DNA from: Candidatus Latescibacterota bacterium | GTDB lineage: Bacteria > Latescibacterota > UBA2968 > GCA-2709665 | Reading direction: 5' to 3' | Length of the DNA: 64,000 nt | NCBI GenBank assembly: GCA_965208835.1 | Contig: OZ242358.1 | Coordinates: 2,368,001 to 2,432,000 of the forward strand | In this document: positions 48,670-58,892 of the stretch, in pieces | How positions within the stretch are numbered: position 1 is the stretch's first letter | How the letters are laid out: every line of letters starts with the position of its first letter | The notes under the pieces: model-generated | Seen by the model: the letters and a program-made list of their open reading frames with translations, nothing else | What the model was told of the DNA's origin: nothing | Databases searched by the model: none | Program-made: the position numbers and the translations under genes

Positions 48670-49681
48670 GGGCAGGTTGGGCGTCGCGATCATCGGCTGC
48701 GGGAATATGGGGAGCACCCACGCGCGGTTGCTTTCCGGCTTTGACGACGTGTCACTGCGCGTGCTGGTGGATACCGACGAGGACGCGGCCAGGTCGCTGG
48801 GCGCCGAGGTCCGTGCCGCGGGAGTAAGCACGGAGTTCCGGCGGGCGCTGGACGATCCGGCCGTCGACATCGTATTCATCTGCACGCACCACCATCTCCA
48901 CGCGCCCATGTGTGTGGCGGCGGCGGAAGCCGGCAAGGATATCTTCTGTGAGAAGCCGCTGGCGATTCGCGCTGAGGACTGCACGTCGATCGCGAATGCC
49001 GTGCGTGCGGCCGGCGTCAAATTTCTGACAGGCTTTCAGGCGCGGTTCTCTCCGTTCTTCCTGAAGTTGAAGGAGGTCGCGCCCCGTCCGTGGTTGACGA
49101 TCGGACAGTATATCGACCCCAGATGGGGAGAGCAGAGCTGGGCCAATGATCCGGTTGCCGGCGGCGGCAACGTACTCAGCCAGGGGTGTCACTGCTTCGA
49201 CGCGGTCCGGTTCCTGAATCCGTCCGAAGTCGTATCCATCTACGCGGCGGGCGGAAACTATCACCATCCCGCGCTGCCCATCACCGATGCGGTTGCGTGT
49301 ACATTGCGGTTTGAAGACGGTGCGGTTGCCAATGTCGCGATCGGGGACGTGGGCAAACCGGCGTTGATGGGAAAAGCGGCCTATCAGGTCTTCGCCGGCG
49401 AAACGACGGCCAGCCTTTTCAACTATCACTGGAACCCCGAGATTCGATTGTGGGGTGCCCAACCCGACCGGCTGACCGTCGACGATATTCCGGGATGCGA
49501 CGATACGGACTTCGCACATGGGTATACCCAGCAGATGCGCGCGGTCGTGGACTGGTCGCTGAGGGACGTCGACCCCTCGAGTGCGGCGAAATTGGACGAC
49601 GGCGTCAGGGCGACAACGCTCGCGCTGCAGGCCGTCGAAGCAATTCGTACGGGTGAGGTGCAGGAATTGAACTGGCGATAG
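48662..49681 (+). CDS. Gfo/Idh/MocA oxidoreductase
   Basis: IIGCGNMG, CEKP, GFQARF, GGGNVLSQGCH. Confidence 0.92.
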   Translation: MTEGRLGVAIIGCGNMGSTHARLLSGFDDVSLRVLVDTDEDAARSLGAEVRAAGVSTEFRRALDDPAVDIVFICTHHHLHAPMCVAAAEAGKDIFCEKPLAIRAEDCTSIANAVRAAGVKFLTGFQARFSPFFLKLKEVAPRPWLTIGQYIDPRWGEQSWANDPVAGGGNVLSQGCHCFDAVRFLNPSEVVSIYAAGGNYHHPALPITDAVACTLRFEDGAVANVAIGDVGKPALMGKAAYQVFAGETTASLFNYHWNPEIRLWGAQPDRLTVDDIPGCDDTDFAHGYTQQMRAVVDWSLRDVDPSSAAKLDDGVRATTLALQAVEAIRTGEVQELNWR

Positions 49682-49946
49682 ACGCCTGCCGGAGAGTGAG
49701 CCTTGATTCGTGAGATTTCGTGGACGTTAACGGGACATCTCCCCCGGCCCCTCAGAAGCGGGTAGACGGAAGACGGTAGAGGGGAGAGATTGCCCGCCTT
49801 GTGAGGATTCTTTTTGTGCCGAAGGCAAGGAGGGAGAACAATCCGGGCACGGATTTCTTCTCCCGTCTTACCTCTACCGTCTCCCCGCATTCAGGCTCTT
49901 TGTGGCCAATTTGACTGTTGTCTTTTTTTAGAAATGAGGTAAAGGA

Positions 49947-51002
49947 ATGAGCTACGGTGTCGGATTGTTGGGAAACCGGGCCCATCAGATGAGCTATGGC
50001 CCGATCCTGGAAGCGCGGCAGGATTGTCGGATTGTAGCGGCTGCGGAACACAGGGCTGACAAGGCCGGGCCTCTCGAGGAGCGTTTCGGCGTCGCTTGCA
50101 GCGCGGACTACGACGCGGTGCTGGAAGATCCTGCCGTGCACATCGTTTCCATTGCTACCGACTTTTATTTAAAACGACCCCTGATTGCCAGGGCGGTTGC
50201 GTGCGGAAAGCACGTTCTGGTGGACAAACCGATCTCACGCACCGTTCGGGAAGCCAGGGAGATTGCACACTCGGTCGAGGGCACGGGGACCAGGGTCGTG
50301 TTGGCCTACCCCATCCGTTGCCAGCCCGGGCTTGCGGCCCTCGCCCGGGGAATCCGTTCCGGGGCCTATGCGAATATAACGTCCTACACGCATCTATTCG
50401 TTCGGCAGTTCGAGGACAGCGACCTGATGCAGTGCGTGAGCTACCCCACGCCTGTGAACGTGAACGGCGGCGGCGAACTGATGAATCTGGGCAGTCACGC
50501 GGTGGACTACTTGCAGCACCTGTTTGGTATGCCCCGGCGCATCTTCAGCAGCATGCGGAATGCCTATTGGGACGAATACCAGGCATTCGGGACGGAGGAT
50601 ATGGCGACGGTCGTGTGCGAGTACGGCGAATTCGTGGCGACGCTGGTGACCGGCCGGAACAAGCTCGACGAGGAGGGGCCGCCGGCAAACGCGGTGGATG
50701 TGACCGCACAGGGCCACTGGATACACGCGGAGCCCGATACATTGCTGGTGAATGGCGTGTCCATGGAATTGACGCCGGCGCCGGTGGAGTATTCGGATGC
50801 GTGCGTGCAGGAGCTGATCGACTGTATCGAAGAGGGCCGGGACCCGGTCATGGGCGTGGCAGACGGTCTGGCGGTTGCGGAGATGACGACGGCGGCCTAC
50901 CAGTCGGCACAGACGGGCGAGTTCGTGCCGTTGCCCCTCGAAGACGAGTACCATCCGATGATCGATCCCGACGAACAGGTGGTCGAGGGATTTCTGGACT
51001 GA
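49947..51002 (+). CDS. Gfo/Idh/MocA oxidoreductase
   Basis: GKHVLVDKP, GGGELMNLGSHAVD, TEDMA. Confidence 0.88.
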   Translation: MSYGVGLLGNRAHQMSYGPILEARQDCRIVAAAEHRADKAGPLEERFGVACSADYDAVLEDPAVHIVSIATDFYLKRPLIARAVACGKHVLVDKPISRTVREAREIAHSVEGTGTRVVLAYPIRCQPGLAALARGIRSGAYANITSYTHLFVRQFEDSDLMQCVSYPTPVNVNGGGELMNLGSHAVDYLQHLFGMPRRIFSSMRNAYWDEYQAFGTEDMATVVCEYGEFVATLVTGRNKLDEEGPPANAVDVTAQGHWIHAEPDTLLVNGVSMELTPAPVEYSDACVQELIDCIEEGRDPVMGVADGLAVAEMTTAAYQSAQTGEFVPLPLEDEYHPMIDPDEQVVEGFLD

Positions 51003-51092
51003 CTGTTCCGGGAAGGTCAACTTGGAATGGGTGCGTCAGAGGGACGCCGAAGATGAATATGATCGGCCCGGGAGGAAAGCTTCCGGGCCGTT

Positions 51093-52415
51093 TCAGTCCA
51101 TCAGGCGGGCATTGTACTGGCGGGGGCCGGGCCGATAACCGGAGTAGGCGCCCGGATCAAACGGCGCGGGCGTATAGATGTAGACTGAGTCCGACCAGGG
51201 GTTGTACACCAGCAGGTCCTCGCGATCGTCGCCGCAGAGGTTGGCGGGTACGGCGTGATACCAGCCCATTTTCTCGGGACCGGCCGGCGGCGGCAGATCC
51301 GGAAGAATCACCGCGGGATCGCCGTTGCCGTGGAAGAGCATCCCGCCGTTATACAGCATTGCGGGCGCGTCGAATCCGTTCCAGAAGACCGTTTCCATAC
51401 CGGTTTCGTTCGGCGAACGGTTGAGTCGGAATCTACGGACGATCCTGCCGCCGTTATCCGCCAGCAGAACGTCGGGGTGGTGTCCGAGATAGCGAATAGC
51501 CATTTGAGGCGCGGGTTCGTCCGGCAGGAAGGTGGCCACCCTGACTTCCTGCCCGTGCGGGACCTTGTCCTCCCCAAGCGCCAGAACGACACCACCGTCC
51601 GCATCCAGAACGTGACCGCCGCCGGAGCAGATGGCGCGCACGCGTCCGTCGTCCCACGGCTGGATGCATACGGAGTCCATATTCGGCGCGAGCTGACGCT
51701 CCCAGCGCGGTGCGCCGTCGGGGTCCAGGATAAAATAGCCTCCCAGGATCTCGTCCCGACCGTCGCCGTTCAGGTCGCCCACGGCCGGTATGTACGCGGA
51801 ACAGCGGCTGTATTCGTTCCACGGGATGATGTATTCCCAGAGCAGGTTCAGGCGATGGTCGAACGCCAGGACCCGTTCGCCCAGCTTGACCACGATATCC
51901 TGGGGAACGGCCGTGCCTCTGAGGTTGGCAATGAACAGGCGCTGATGAAACCAGTTGGCGCCCCAGCCGCGGCAGGCCTTCAGAATCTCCGGCCGGGATT
52001 CCTGCTTCAGCGCACCGGTTGCGCCCTCGCGTATCTGGATTGTAACATCCCCTAGGGACTCTCTGGCCGTGGCGCCGTCCGGGCGATGGAAGAAGCAGAT
52101 CACCTCGCTATTGCCGTCCGCGTCCACGTCGTGGATGGACACGGAAGCGGGCCGGAGGGGCTGGGCGCCACCTCTGCCGTGCCGCCAGAGAATCTCCCCG
52201 TCGAGGGTAAAGGCGCCAAGAAAGCAGGGCTTGAGTTCACTTGCCGCATCGCAGCGGTAGACCAGCAGATCGGGACGGCCGTCTCCCGTCAGGTCTCCCA
52301 GCCGGATATCCCCGCCGAAGCGCAGGTTCCGACCCTCGAATCCGGCGTCCGTCAGGAGCGCGCCTGGAATCCGGACTCGCCGGTGAAGAATGGCCGGGGC
52401 GGCGTCGAGCATCAT
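51093..52415 (-). CDS. FG-GAP/rhamnogalacturonan-lyase-11-like beta-propeller protein
   Basis: GDLTGDGRPD, DVDADGNSEV, GDLNGDGRDEI, NLCGDDRED; HGQ motif. Confidence 0.72.
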   Translation of the reverse strand: MMLDAAPAILHRRVRIPGALLTDAGFEGRNLRFGGDIRLGDLTGDGRPDLLVYRCDAASELKPCFLGAFTLDGEILWRHGRGGAQPLRPASVSIHDVDADGNSEVICFFHRPDGATARESLGDVTIQIREGATGALKQESRPEILKACRGWGANWFHQRLFIANLRGTAVPQDIVVKLGERVLAFDHRLNLLWEYIIPWNEYSRCSAYIPAVGDLNGDGRDEILGGYFILDPDGAPRWERQLAPNMDSVCIQPWDDGRVRAICSGGGHVLDADGGVVLALGEDKVPHGQEVRVATFLPDEPAPQMAIRYLGHHPDVLLADNGGRIVRRFRLNRSPNETGMETVFWNGFDAPAMLYNGGMLFHGNGDPAVILPDLPPPAGPEKMGWYHAVPANLCGDDREDLLVYNPWSDSVYIYTPAPFDPGAYSGYRPGPRQYNARLMD

Positions 52416-52489
52416 CCGGGTCCCGGGCTATCGGCCGAACGAAGGACAGGCATGTTAGCTGTTTCCGGGTGTTTTTGTGCGGGGCCGGA

Positions 52490-52795
52490 CTAATCCTGCC
52501 GGCTGGCTTCGTGCTTGCGCCGAAGCCTGAGCACGCGCTCGAATTTTTCCGACAGGCTCTCTCCCGGGCGGGAAAACCGGAGCATGGTTTCGTGAGCCAT
52601 GACCATCATGGTGCCAAGTTCCGGGTCGGGATACCGGCAGAAGCTGTGCTTGACTTCCTCTCCGGTAACGCAGCAGTGAGTTTCAAGCGGGAATTCGAAA
52701 TCGCCGTCGAGCAGACTGCCCGATTTGGATCCGACTTCCGACTCGTTATCGGCTGGAAGCTTGTAGTCGGTATAGAACTGATTCTTGTCTGACAT
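52490..52795 (-). CDS. hypothetical protein (101 aa)
   Basis: RBS AGGAG before MSDKNQFY; TTGACA...TATATA-like promoter at about 52905-52932. Confidence 0.65.
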   Translation of the reverse strand: MSDKNQFYTDYKLPADNESEVGSKSGSLLDGDFEFPLETHCCVTGEEVKHSFCRYPDPELGTMMVMAHETMLRFSRPGESLSEKFERVLRLRRKHEASRQD

Positions 52796-53279
52796 TGGAT
52801 CTGGACTCCTTGAGGATGGTTGCCTGGTTGCCGGCGGGTCTTCCTTAACCCGAAAAGGCGTCCTGAACAACGATGGTTCCGGCGCGCGAACGACAGCGGG
52901 GAAATATATACCGGTGGACCGCTGATTGTCAACAGAAACAGACGAAAACGGGGGAGGCGTGCCCGGGAGCCGCAGGTGCCGCCGCGCATTGGATGTGTCC
53001 GCAGCGAGTTGCGTTCAACCGGTCAAACCGGTGCGTTGCGCGGGATTCGCTGAGTTTGCGAAAGTGCATTGGGCTTGATTTCAGGGACCGGAATTGCTTA
53101 TTTTTCTGTCGACTTCCTCACGGGTCGGCCGTGACTCCTGCGCCCGTCGGGGCGAAGTGGATTTACCGATCCGCGATGGCGTCGGCGGGCGGGGCGTGAC
53201 GGAGCGGTTGTCAAACCGTCAATAAGGAGGCGCGGCCGGCGCCACGGACGTACAGAGGCGCATTTGCGCTGGAGGGTGA

Positions 53280-54800
53280 ATGGATATCGATCTGCTGCTC
53301 ACATGGTTCCAGACAGCTTTGCTTATACTATACAGTGTGACGCTCGGCCTGCTGTTGATCTTCAGTCTTCACCGGCACGTGATGGTGCGGCTGTATTTCA
53401 AGAATCGGCGCAAGCGTCCGGTCCCGATTGGCCGATTCGACGAATTGCCGCTGGTGACGGTGCAGCTGCCCATCTACAACGAACTGTACGTGGTTGAACG
53501 GCTGATCCGGGCGGTGGCGGACATGAATTACCCGCGAGATCGTCTGGAAATCCAGGTCCTGGACGATTCGACGGACGAAACGACGGAAGTGGCAAAGCGT
53601 TGCGTGGCGGAGTTGCGGGAGGCGGGGCACGACATCGTCTACCTGCATCGCACCGAACGAACGGGATATAAAGCAGGCGCTCTCGCCGAAGGTCTGCGGG
53701 TCGCCAGGGGCGAATACGTGGCGCTGTTCGACGCCGATTTTCTGCCCCCCGGTGAGTTCCTCAAGAAGACGATTCACTATTTCACCGATGAGGGCGTAGG
53801 ACTCGTGCAGGCCAGGTGGGAGCACCTCAACCGCGATTATTCACTGCTCACGCAGGTGCAGGCGATATTCCTCGATGGGCATTTTATGATGGAACACGGC
53901 GCCCGCAGCAGAGCCGGCCTGTTTTTCAATTTCAACGGCACCGCAGGCATCTGGAGAAGGCAGTGTATCGACGACGCGGGAGGATGGGAGAACGATACGC
54001 TGACGGAAGACCTGGATCTGAGCTATCGGGCTCAGTTGGCGGGCTGGCGCTTTCTGTTTCTGGACGACCTGGCTGCGCCGGCAGAACTGCCGGTGGAAAT
54101 GAACGCGTGGAAAACCCAGCAGTTCCGCTGGTCCAAGGGCTCTGCGCAGACGGCGCGCAAACTCGTCGGACGCGTTCTGCGTGCGAGCCTGCCGTGGCGG
54201 GTGAAGCTCGAAGCGCTGATCCATCTGAACGGCAATTTCGCCTATTTGCTGATGGCATTGCTGGCGGCGCTGATCTTCCCCGCGGTACTCGCCCGCCTGG
54301 ATCTGGGGTGGTTCCGGGTGGTGTTCGTCGACATTCCGCTGTTTGTTTCCGCGACAGGGGCGGTCTCCCGGTTCTATATCTATTCACAGAAGGAACTCTA
54401 TCCTGACTGGAGGCGCCGCATCAAATATATGCCCTGCGTACTCGCCGCGGGTATGGGGATCTCGTTCAACAACGCCCGGGCCGTACTCGAGGCGCTGGCA
54501 GGCCACCAGACGGAGTTTCGGCGCACGCCCAAATACCAGGTCGTGGACCGCGGGGATACCTGGCGTGGCAAGCGGTACGCGGTACACAAGAACGTGCTTT
54601 CTCTCCTTGAACTCGCCGTTGGGTTGTATTTTCTGTGGGTGATCGGCTTTGCGATCAACCACTCGATCTATTTCCCGGTCCCGTTTCTCGCGCTTTTCGG
54701 CTTGGGTTTCTTTTACGTGGGGTGGATGTCAATATTCCAGGGGCGTTTTCAACGGCTGCGTGCGGCGCTCTCCAGAACCGAAGCGCCCGCGGCGGATTGA
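53280..54800 (+). CDS. GT2 cellulose-synthase-like glycosyltransferase
   Basis: QLPIYNE, LDDSTD, KAGAL, FDADF, TEDLD, QQFRW (QxxRW); N- and C-terminal TM helices. Confidence 0.93.
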   Translation: MDIDLLLTWFQTALLILYSVTLGLLLIFSLHRHVMVRLYFKNRRKRPVPIGRFDELPLVTVQLPIYNELYVVERLIRAVADMNYPRDRLEIQVLDDSTDETTEVAKRCVAELREAGHDIVYLHRTERTGYKAGALAEGLRVARGEYVALFDADFLPPGEFLKKTIHYFTDEGVGLVQARWEHLNRDYSLLTQVQAIFLDGHFMMEHGARSRAGLFFNFNGTAGIWRRQCIDDAGGWENDTLTEDLDLSYRAQLAGWRFLFLDDLAAPAELPVEMNAWKTQQFRWSKGSAQTARKLVGRVLRASLPWRVKLEALIHLNGNFAYLLMALLAALIFPAVLARLDLGWFRVVFVDIPLFVSATGAVSRFYIYSQKELYPDWRRRIKYMPCVLAAGMGISFNNARAVLEALAGHQTEFRRTPKYQVVDRGDTWRGKRYAVHKNVLSLLELAVGLYFLWVIGFAINHSIYFPVPFLALFGLGFFYVGWMSIFQGRFQRLRAALSRTEAPAAD

Positions 54801-55050
54801 GCCCTCCCGATCATCAACGAATTCCGGGCCCGGCGAGGTAGCTGTCGCCGGGCCATTGTCTTTGCCGTCGCGGGATCGAATAGCGAGGCGACGCAGCGGG
54901 ACGGCTGCCGAGCGCCCCGGCTTCGGTCGAGCCGCCTTGCCCTTTCGACCCGCCACGCTTCTCTTATGGGGCTTTGTTCTTGTTTATCCATCGGGTTACA
55001 CTATATTTATTGACAGCCGGCGGTCCGTTGACCATGCGGGATTCCTATTT

Positions 55051-55944
55051 ATGGCGCATATCGGACGTTTTTTCGCGAATCGCTATACCCTCGCGTACGG
55101 TGCGGCACTGGCCGTTCATCTGCTGTTCTTTGTCTTCTACGTGCCCCTCTTGAGCCTTGTACCTCAATCGCGTATCGATCCGCCTGCCCACGAGTCGAGT
55201 CCGATGTTCTTCGAGTTCGTCGATTTGCCCCACACCGCGCCGGACGAACAGCCGCCGGAAGCGACAACCTTGCGGTCCGACCGTTCCTCCCGGGCCAGGG
55301 ACCGGCACGAACCGGAACTGCCGGAATCCCACCTGCCCTACATCGACGGTCTCGTGCAGTCCCCGTCGCAGCCCCGAACCGGGATCGGCCGGGAGGGCGA
55401 AAGGGGTAAGCGGGGCGAGGCCGATGCCGACATGGAAGTCGACCGGAGTCTGCGCGCCGATGCCAAAGACGAGGCGGTCTCCACGGATTCCGCGCCGCTC
55501 TTGAAGCAAAGGAACGCGTGGTCACCCGAACCATCGAAGAGCGCATTGTTCGGACGTCCGGACGAGCCCGGCGTCATACCGATGAAAAATTTGCAGAGTC
55601 ACGCCCTCGAGCAGGGGGGGCTGCAGCTCAGTACGTATGACTGGGAGTTTGCGCCGTATCTGGCCTATCTCAAACGCCACATCGGAGACCATATTCATCC
55701 GCCGGCTGCATTTACGCAGTTGGGACTGATCCAGGGCAAAACGCGGCTGAGATTCAGGATTATGCCTGACGGCAGCCTCGTGAAACTGGAAGTTGTCGGC
55801 TTCGAAGGCAGCCCGTACCTTCGGGATACCAGCACTCGCGCGGTAGAGCTGTCGGCCGATTTCCGACCTCTGCCGGCGCATTTTCCGGACGACTATCTGG
55901 AAATTTCCGCCCTGTTTCACTATCTGATACTCGATTCCCGTTAA
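55051..55944 (+). CDS. TonB/TolA C-terminal domain protein
   Basis: N-terminal anchor ALAVHLLFF, Pro/charged linker, FAPYL...RFRIMPDGSL...FRPLP; upstream of exbB/exbD. Confidence 0.82.
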   Translation: MAHIGRFFANRYTLAYGAALAVHLLFFVFYVPLLSLVPQSRIDPPAHESSPMFFEFVDLPHTAPDEQPPEATTLRSDRSSRARDRHEPELPESHLPYIDGLVQSPSQPRTGIGREGERGKRGEADADMEVDRSLRADAKDEAVSTDSAPLLKQRNAWSPEPSKSALFGRPDEPGVIPMKNLQSHALEQGGLQLSTYDWEFAPYLAYLKRHIGDHIHPPAAFTQLGLIQGKTRLRFRIMPDGSLVKLEVVGFEGSPYLRDTSTRAVELSADFRPLPAHFPDDYLEISALFHYLILDSR

Positions 55945-55956
55945 CCTCATTTCCGC

Positions 55957-56138
55957 AAAAGCCGCAACGCGGCACCGCGACGAAACCCTTCGAAACGGGC
56001 CGAATTGGTCGTCATGAAGGACATTTTTTCAGTTGACGTCCAGCAACCTGGTGTATCCTGGTAATCAGCAGTTTAATCGCCTTTTTCAACTTACATATAT
56101 TCGATTTAACGTCCACGAAGACATACGAATCCTGGTTA
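55957..56138 (+). repeat. ~185-bp dispersed non-coding element, copy B
   Basis: Homologous to 12301-12482; fills the tonB-exbB intergenic gap. Confidence 0.8.
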
Positions 56139-56154
56139 ACACCGGAGCTGCCGT

Positions 56155-56781
56155 ATGGGATGGGAGCTGTTCGAGCAGGGGGGTCTGATGATGTATCCCC
56201 TTTCTCTGTGTTCGATCCTCACCCTGGCCATCACGCTGGAACGGGCGTTCAGTCTGCGCCGCCATCGGATCATTCGAGGAGAGATCGTCAGCGTGATCGA
56301 GAACATAAAGGGTCCCGAGGACATCGGGCTTGCGGTCTCGGTCTGCAACCAGTACGAAGGACCGTTCGCCCAGGTTGTCCGCATAGGTCTGGAGAGCCGC
56401 TACCTGCCCCCTGAAGAAATAAGAGAGAGCATTGTCGATCAGGGCCGACAGGAAATGGGAAAGCTGCAGAAGGGAATCGTTGTTCTGGAGACCGTGGCCA
56501 GCGTTTCTCCGCTTCTGGGGCTGCTGGGTACGGTGCTGGGGATGATCAAGGTCTTTCGGGAGATTTCGGAAGTCGGCGTCGGACAGGGCAACCTGCTCGC
56601 GGGAGGTATCGCGGAGGCGATCCTGACAACCGGAGCCGGGCTGTTTATCGCGATACCGTCCCTGGTTTTCTTCAATTATTTCAGCAGCAAGGCGGAGAGT
56701 CTGGTCCTGGAGATCGAGAAGTATTCCAACGCGCTTCTGAAGAAGCTTCGGGGCTTCCAGGATAAGGGACCGGAAGGATAA
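56155..56781 (+). CDS. exbB: MotA/TolQ/ExbB proton channel
   Basis: GGLMMYPL, SPLLGLLGTVLGMI, GIAEAILTTGAGL. Confidence 0.93.
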   Translation: MGWELFEQGGLMMYPLSLCSILTLAITLERAFSLRRHRIIRGEIVSVIENIKGPEDIGLAVSVCNQYEGPFAQVVRIGLESRYLPPEEIRESIVDQGRQEMGKLQKGIVVLETVASVSPLLGLLGTVLGMIKVFREISEVGVGQGNLLAGGIAEAILTTGAGLFIAIPSLVFFNYFSSKAESLVLEIEKYSNALLKKLRGFQDKGPEG

Positions 56782-56792
56782 AGGACGGCGGC

Positions 56793-57206
56793 ATGCAGTT
56801 TTATCAGAAACCCAAACGTCGGCCGTACATCAATATCACGTCGCTGATCGACGTTCTTTTCCTGCTGCTTACGTTTTTTCTCGTGACGACGTCTTTCATC
56901 GAGCAATCCGCATTGAAGGTGGAACTACCGTCCATGGAAAACGCGGACCGTGTCCAACAGCCGAAACGCTTTGTGCTGGATGTGGCTCCGGACGGCGGGA
57001 TCCAATACGACGGCCAGCCGGTCGAACGCGCCGCGCTGGGCGTCCGGTTGCAGACGGCTTCGGACGAGATCAACGCCTCCGGCGGCCTTGTGTTGCGCGC
57101 CGACCGTAACCTCCCCCACGGCGATGTGATGGGCGTTCTGGATATTATACGGGGAGCGGGGATCACGCGTTTCGTAATCGCGACGGCCACTACCGGTCCC
57201 GGTTGA
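56793..57206 (+). CDS. exbD: biopolymer transporter ExbD/TolR
   Basis: INITSLIDVLFLLLTFFLV, LRADRNL. Confidence 0.93.
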   Translation: MQFYQKPKRRPYINITSLIDVLFLLLTFFLVTTSFIEQSALKVELPSMENADRVQQPKRFVLDVAPDGGIQYDGQPVERAALGVRLQTASDEINASGGLVLRADRNLPHGDVMGVLDIIRGAGITRFVIATATTGPG

Positions 57207-57396
57207 AGACAGTTCAGTCAGAAAGAACGCAAACCTGCCTGATTTCCTCTTGAAGTGTGTCTTGAGGGTTCGGAAACACGGTCATAATCCAATGTATCGG
57301 CTAGCGGCTGGAGTGACCGAATACAACTGTGCCGATTGCGTGACGGTGTGCCGTCGTTCGTGCGTCAAATTGTGTGCTGCTGTATGTAGTCGACTA

Positions 57397-57557
57397 CTGG
57401 TGTCCTGTCCCGGAAATTCCTCACCATTCGACCGCCGATTCATCCTGTCTCGCTACGTTCCCCTCGCTCGCCGACCTTACACAGGTCAGTGGCGCCTCGC
57501 GAGCCAGGCGACTCGACTGTTGGATTCAGGCAACTTATTTCCGGGACAGAACACTAG
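57397..57557. mobile_element. MITE-like element, copy 1 (161 bp)
   Basis: Terminal inverted repeats CTGGTGTCCTGTCCCGGAAAT / ATTTCCGGGACAGAACACTAG; homolog at 63004-63207. Confidence 0.8.
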
Positions 57558-57584
57558 CGCGGACTGGGTTCCGCAGGGGGATGC

Positions 57585-58892
57585 ATGTTCCGATTTCAAC
57601 GATGGTGCGTCGTTGGCGTTATTGCGGCTTTAACAGGGTGCGGAGAGGGTGAAAGAGGTCCGGCACGCCGCGGCGAGCAGCGCCGCGGCGCGGCGGTGCC
57701 TGTAAGGGTCGAACCCGTGAATCGTCGAGATATTTCGAGTTCAATTCTGGCCAATACAACGCTGGAGGCGTTTCAGTGGGTCGAGGTGCGTTCCAGGGCG
57801 TCCGGCCAGGTTGTGGAGATCCTCAAAGAAGAGGGTGACCGGATAAACGTGGGCACGTTGCTGGCGCGTCTGGATTCCGAGGAGCCGGCGCTTCAGGTCA
57901 AACGAATGGAGGTTGCCTACCAGGAGGCGCGCCGCGCCTTCGATCGAGACGAAAAGCTGTATAAACGGGAACTCCTGAGCAAGGAAAGGCACGAGAGTTC
58001 GAAAGGGCAGATGGACCGGGCGCAAACCGAGCTGGAACAGGCGCGCTTGAACCTGAGCTATACTTCGATCGTCTCGCCCCTGGCAGGCACGGTGACCATT
58101 CGAAGTGTGGAGGTTGGCAACATGGTTACCGCGAATCAGGCGGTATTCTCGGTGGCCGACTTCGACCCACTTCTGGCGCGCATCCGGATTCCGGAAAAGA
58201 ACATGGGCAAAGTGGCGATCGGTCAGGGCGCCAGGGTCTCGGTGGAATCCGCTCCGGGCCGGCTGTTCCGCGGCGTCGTGAAAATGATCAGTCCCGTTGT
58301 GGATCCGGAAAGTGGAACCATCAAGGTCACCATCCGGATTCCGGGCCGCGGAAACGGCATCCTCCGGCCCGGTATGTTTGCATCTGTACATATCATCACC
58401 GAGGTGCATCGGAATACACTGGTGATTCCCAAGAAAGCGCTCGTTCACGAGGGCGAAGTAAATCAGGTGTTCGTATACGAACGGGACGGCGATAAGAGTG
58501 GGGGAACGGCGGTCCGCAGGAAGGTGGAAATGGGGTTTTCCGACAACGAGTACTTGGAGATCCTGAATGGCCTTACTGAGGGCGAGCAAGTCATCACCGT
58601 CGGTCACGAAGGCCTTCGTCCGGGTACGGCCGTGCGTCTGGTCGGCGAAGGGGTTCCGGCAACGACCGCGGCCGGGGCGCGGAAGGGAGGCGGCCGCCCT
58701 GACGGCGATGATAATCAGATGAAAGCGATGAAGGAACGGATGTTCGCCCGGTTTCCCGATCTGAAGAAGGCATACGACGCACGTGTCAAGGGAGACCCGG
58801 ATCTCGCGACAAGCGGCGAAAAATGGCGTGCGTTCATGGGTGAAATGCGGCGGAAGGGCGTCCTGCCGTCCAGAGGCGGGAGACCGCAATGA
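57585..58892 (+). CDS. RND periplasmic adaptor (MFP), probable lipoprotein
   Basis: LTGC lipobox, EEGDRI..G.LLARLD, SPLAGTV, LRPGMFA. Confidence 0.92.
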   Translation: MFRFQRWCVVGVIAALTGCGEGERGPARRGEQRRGAAVPVRVEPVNRRDISSSILANTTLEAFQWVEVRSRASGQVVEILKEEGDRINVGTLLARLDSEEPALQVKRMEVAYQEARRAFDRDEKLYKRELLSKERHESSKGQMDRAQTELEQARLNLSYTSIVSPLAGTVTIRSVEVGNMVTANQAVFSVADFDPLLARIRIPEKNMGKVAIGQGARVSVESAPGRLFRGVVKMISPVVDPESGTIKVTIRIPGRGNGILRPGMFASVHIITEVHRNTLVIPKKALVHEGEVNQVFVYERDGDKSGGTAVRRKVEMGFSDNEYLEILNGLTEGEQVITVGHEGLRPGTAVRLVGEGVPATTAAGARKGGGRPDGDDNQMKAMKERMFARFPDLKKAYDARVKGDPDLATSGEKWRAFMGEMRRKGVLPSRGGRPQ

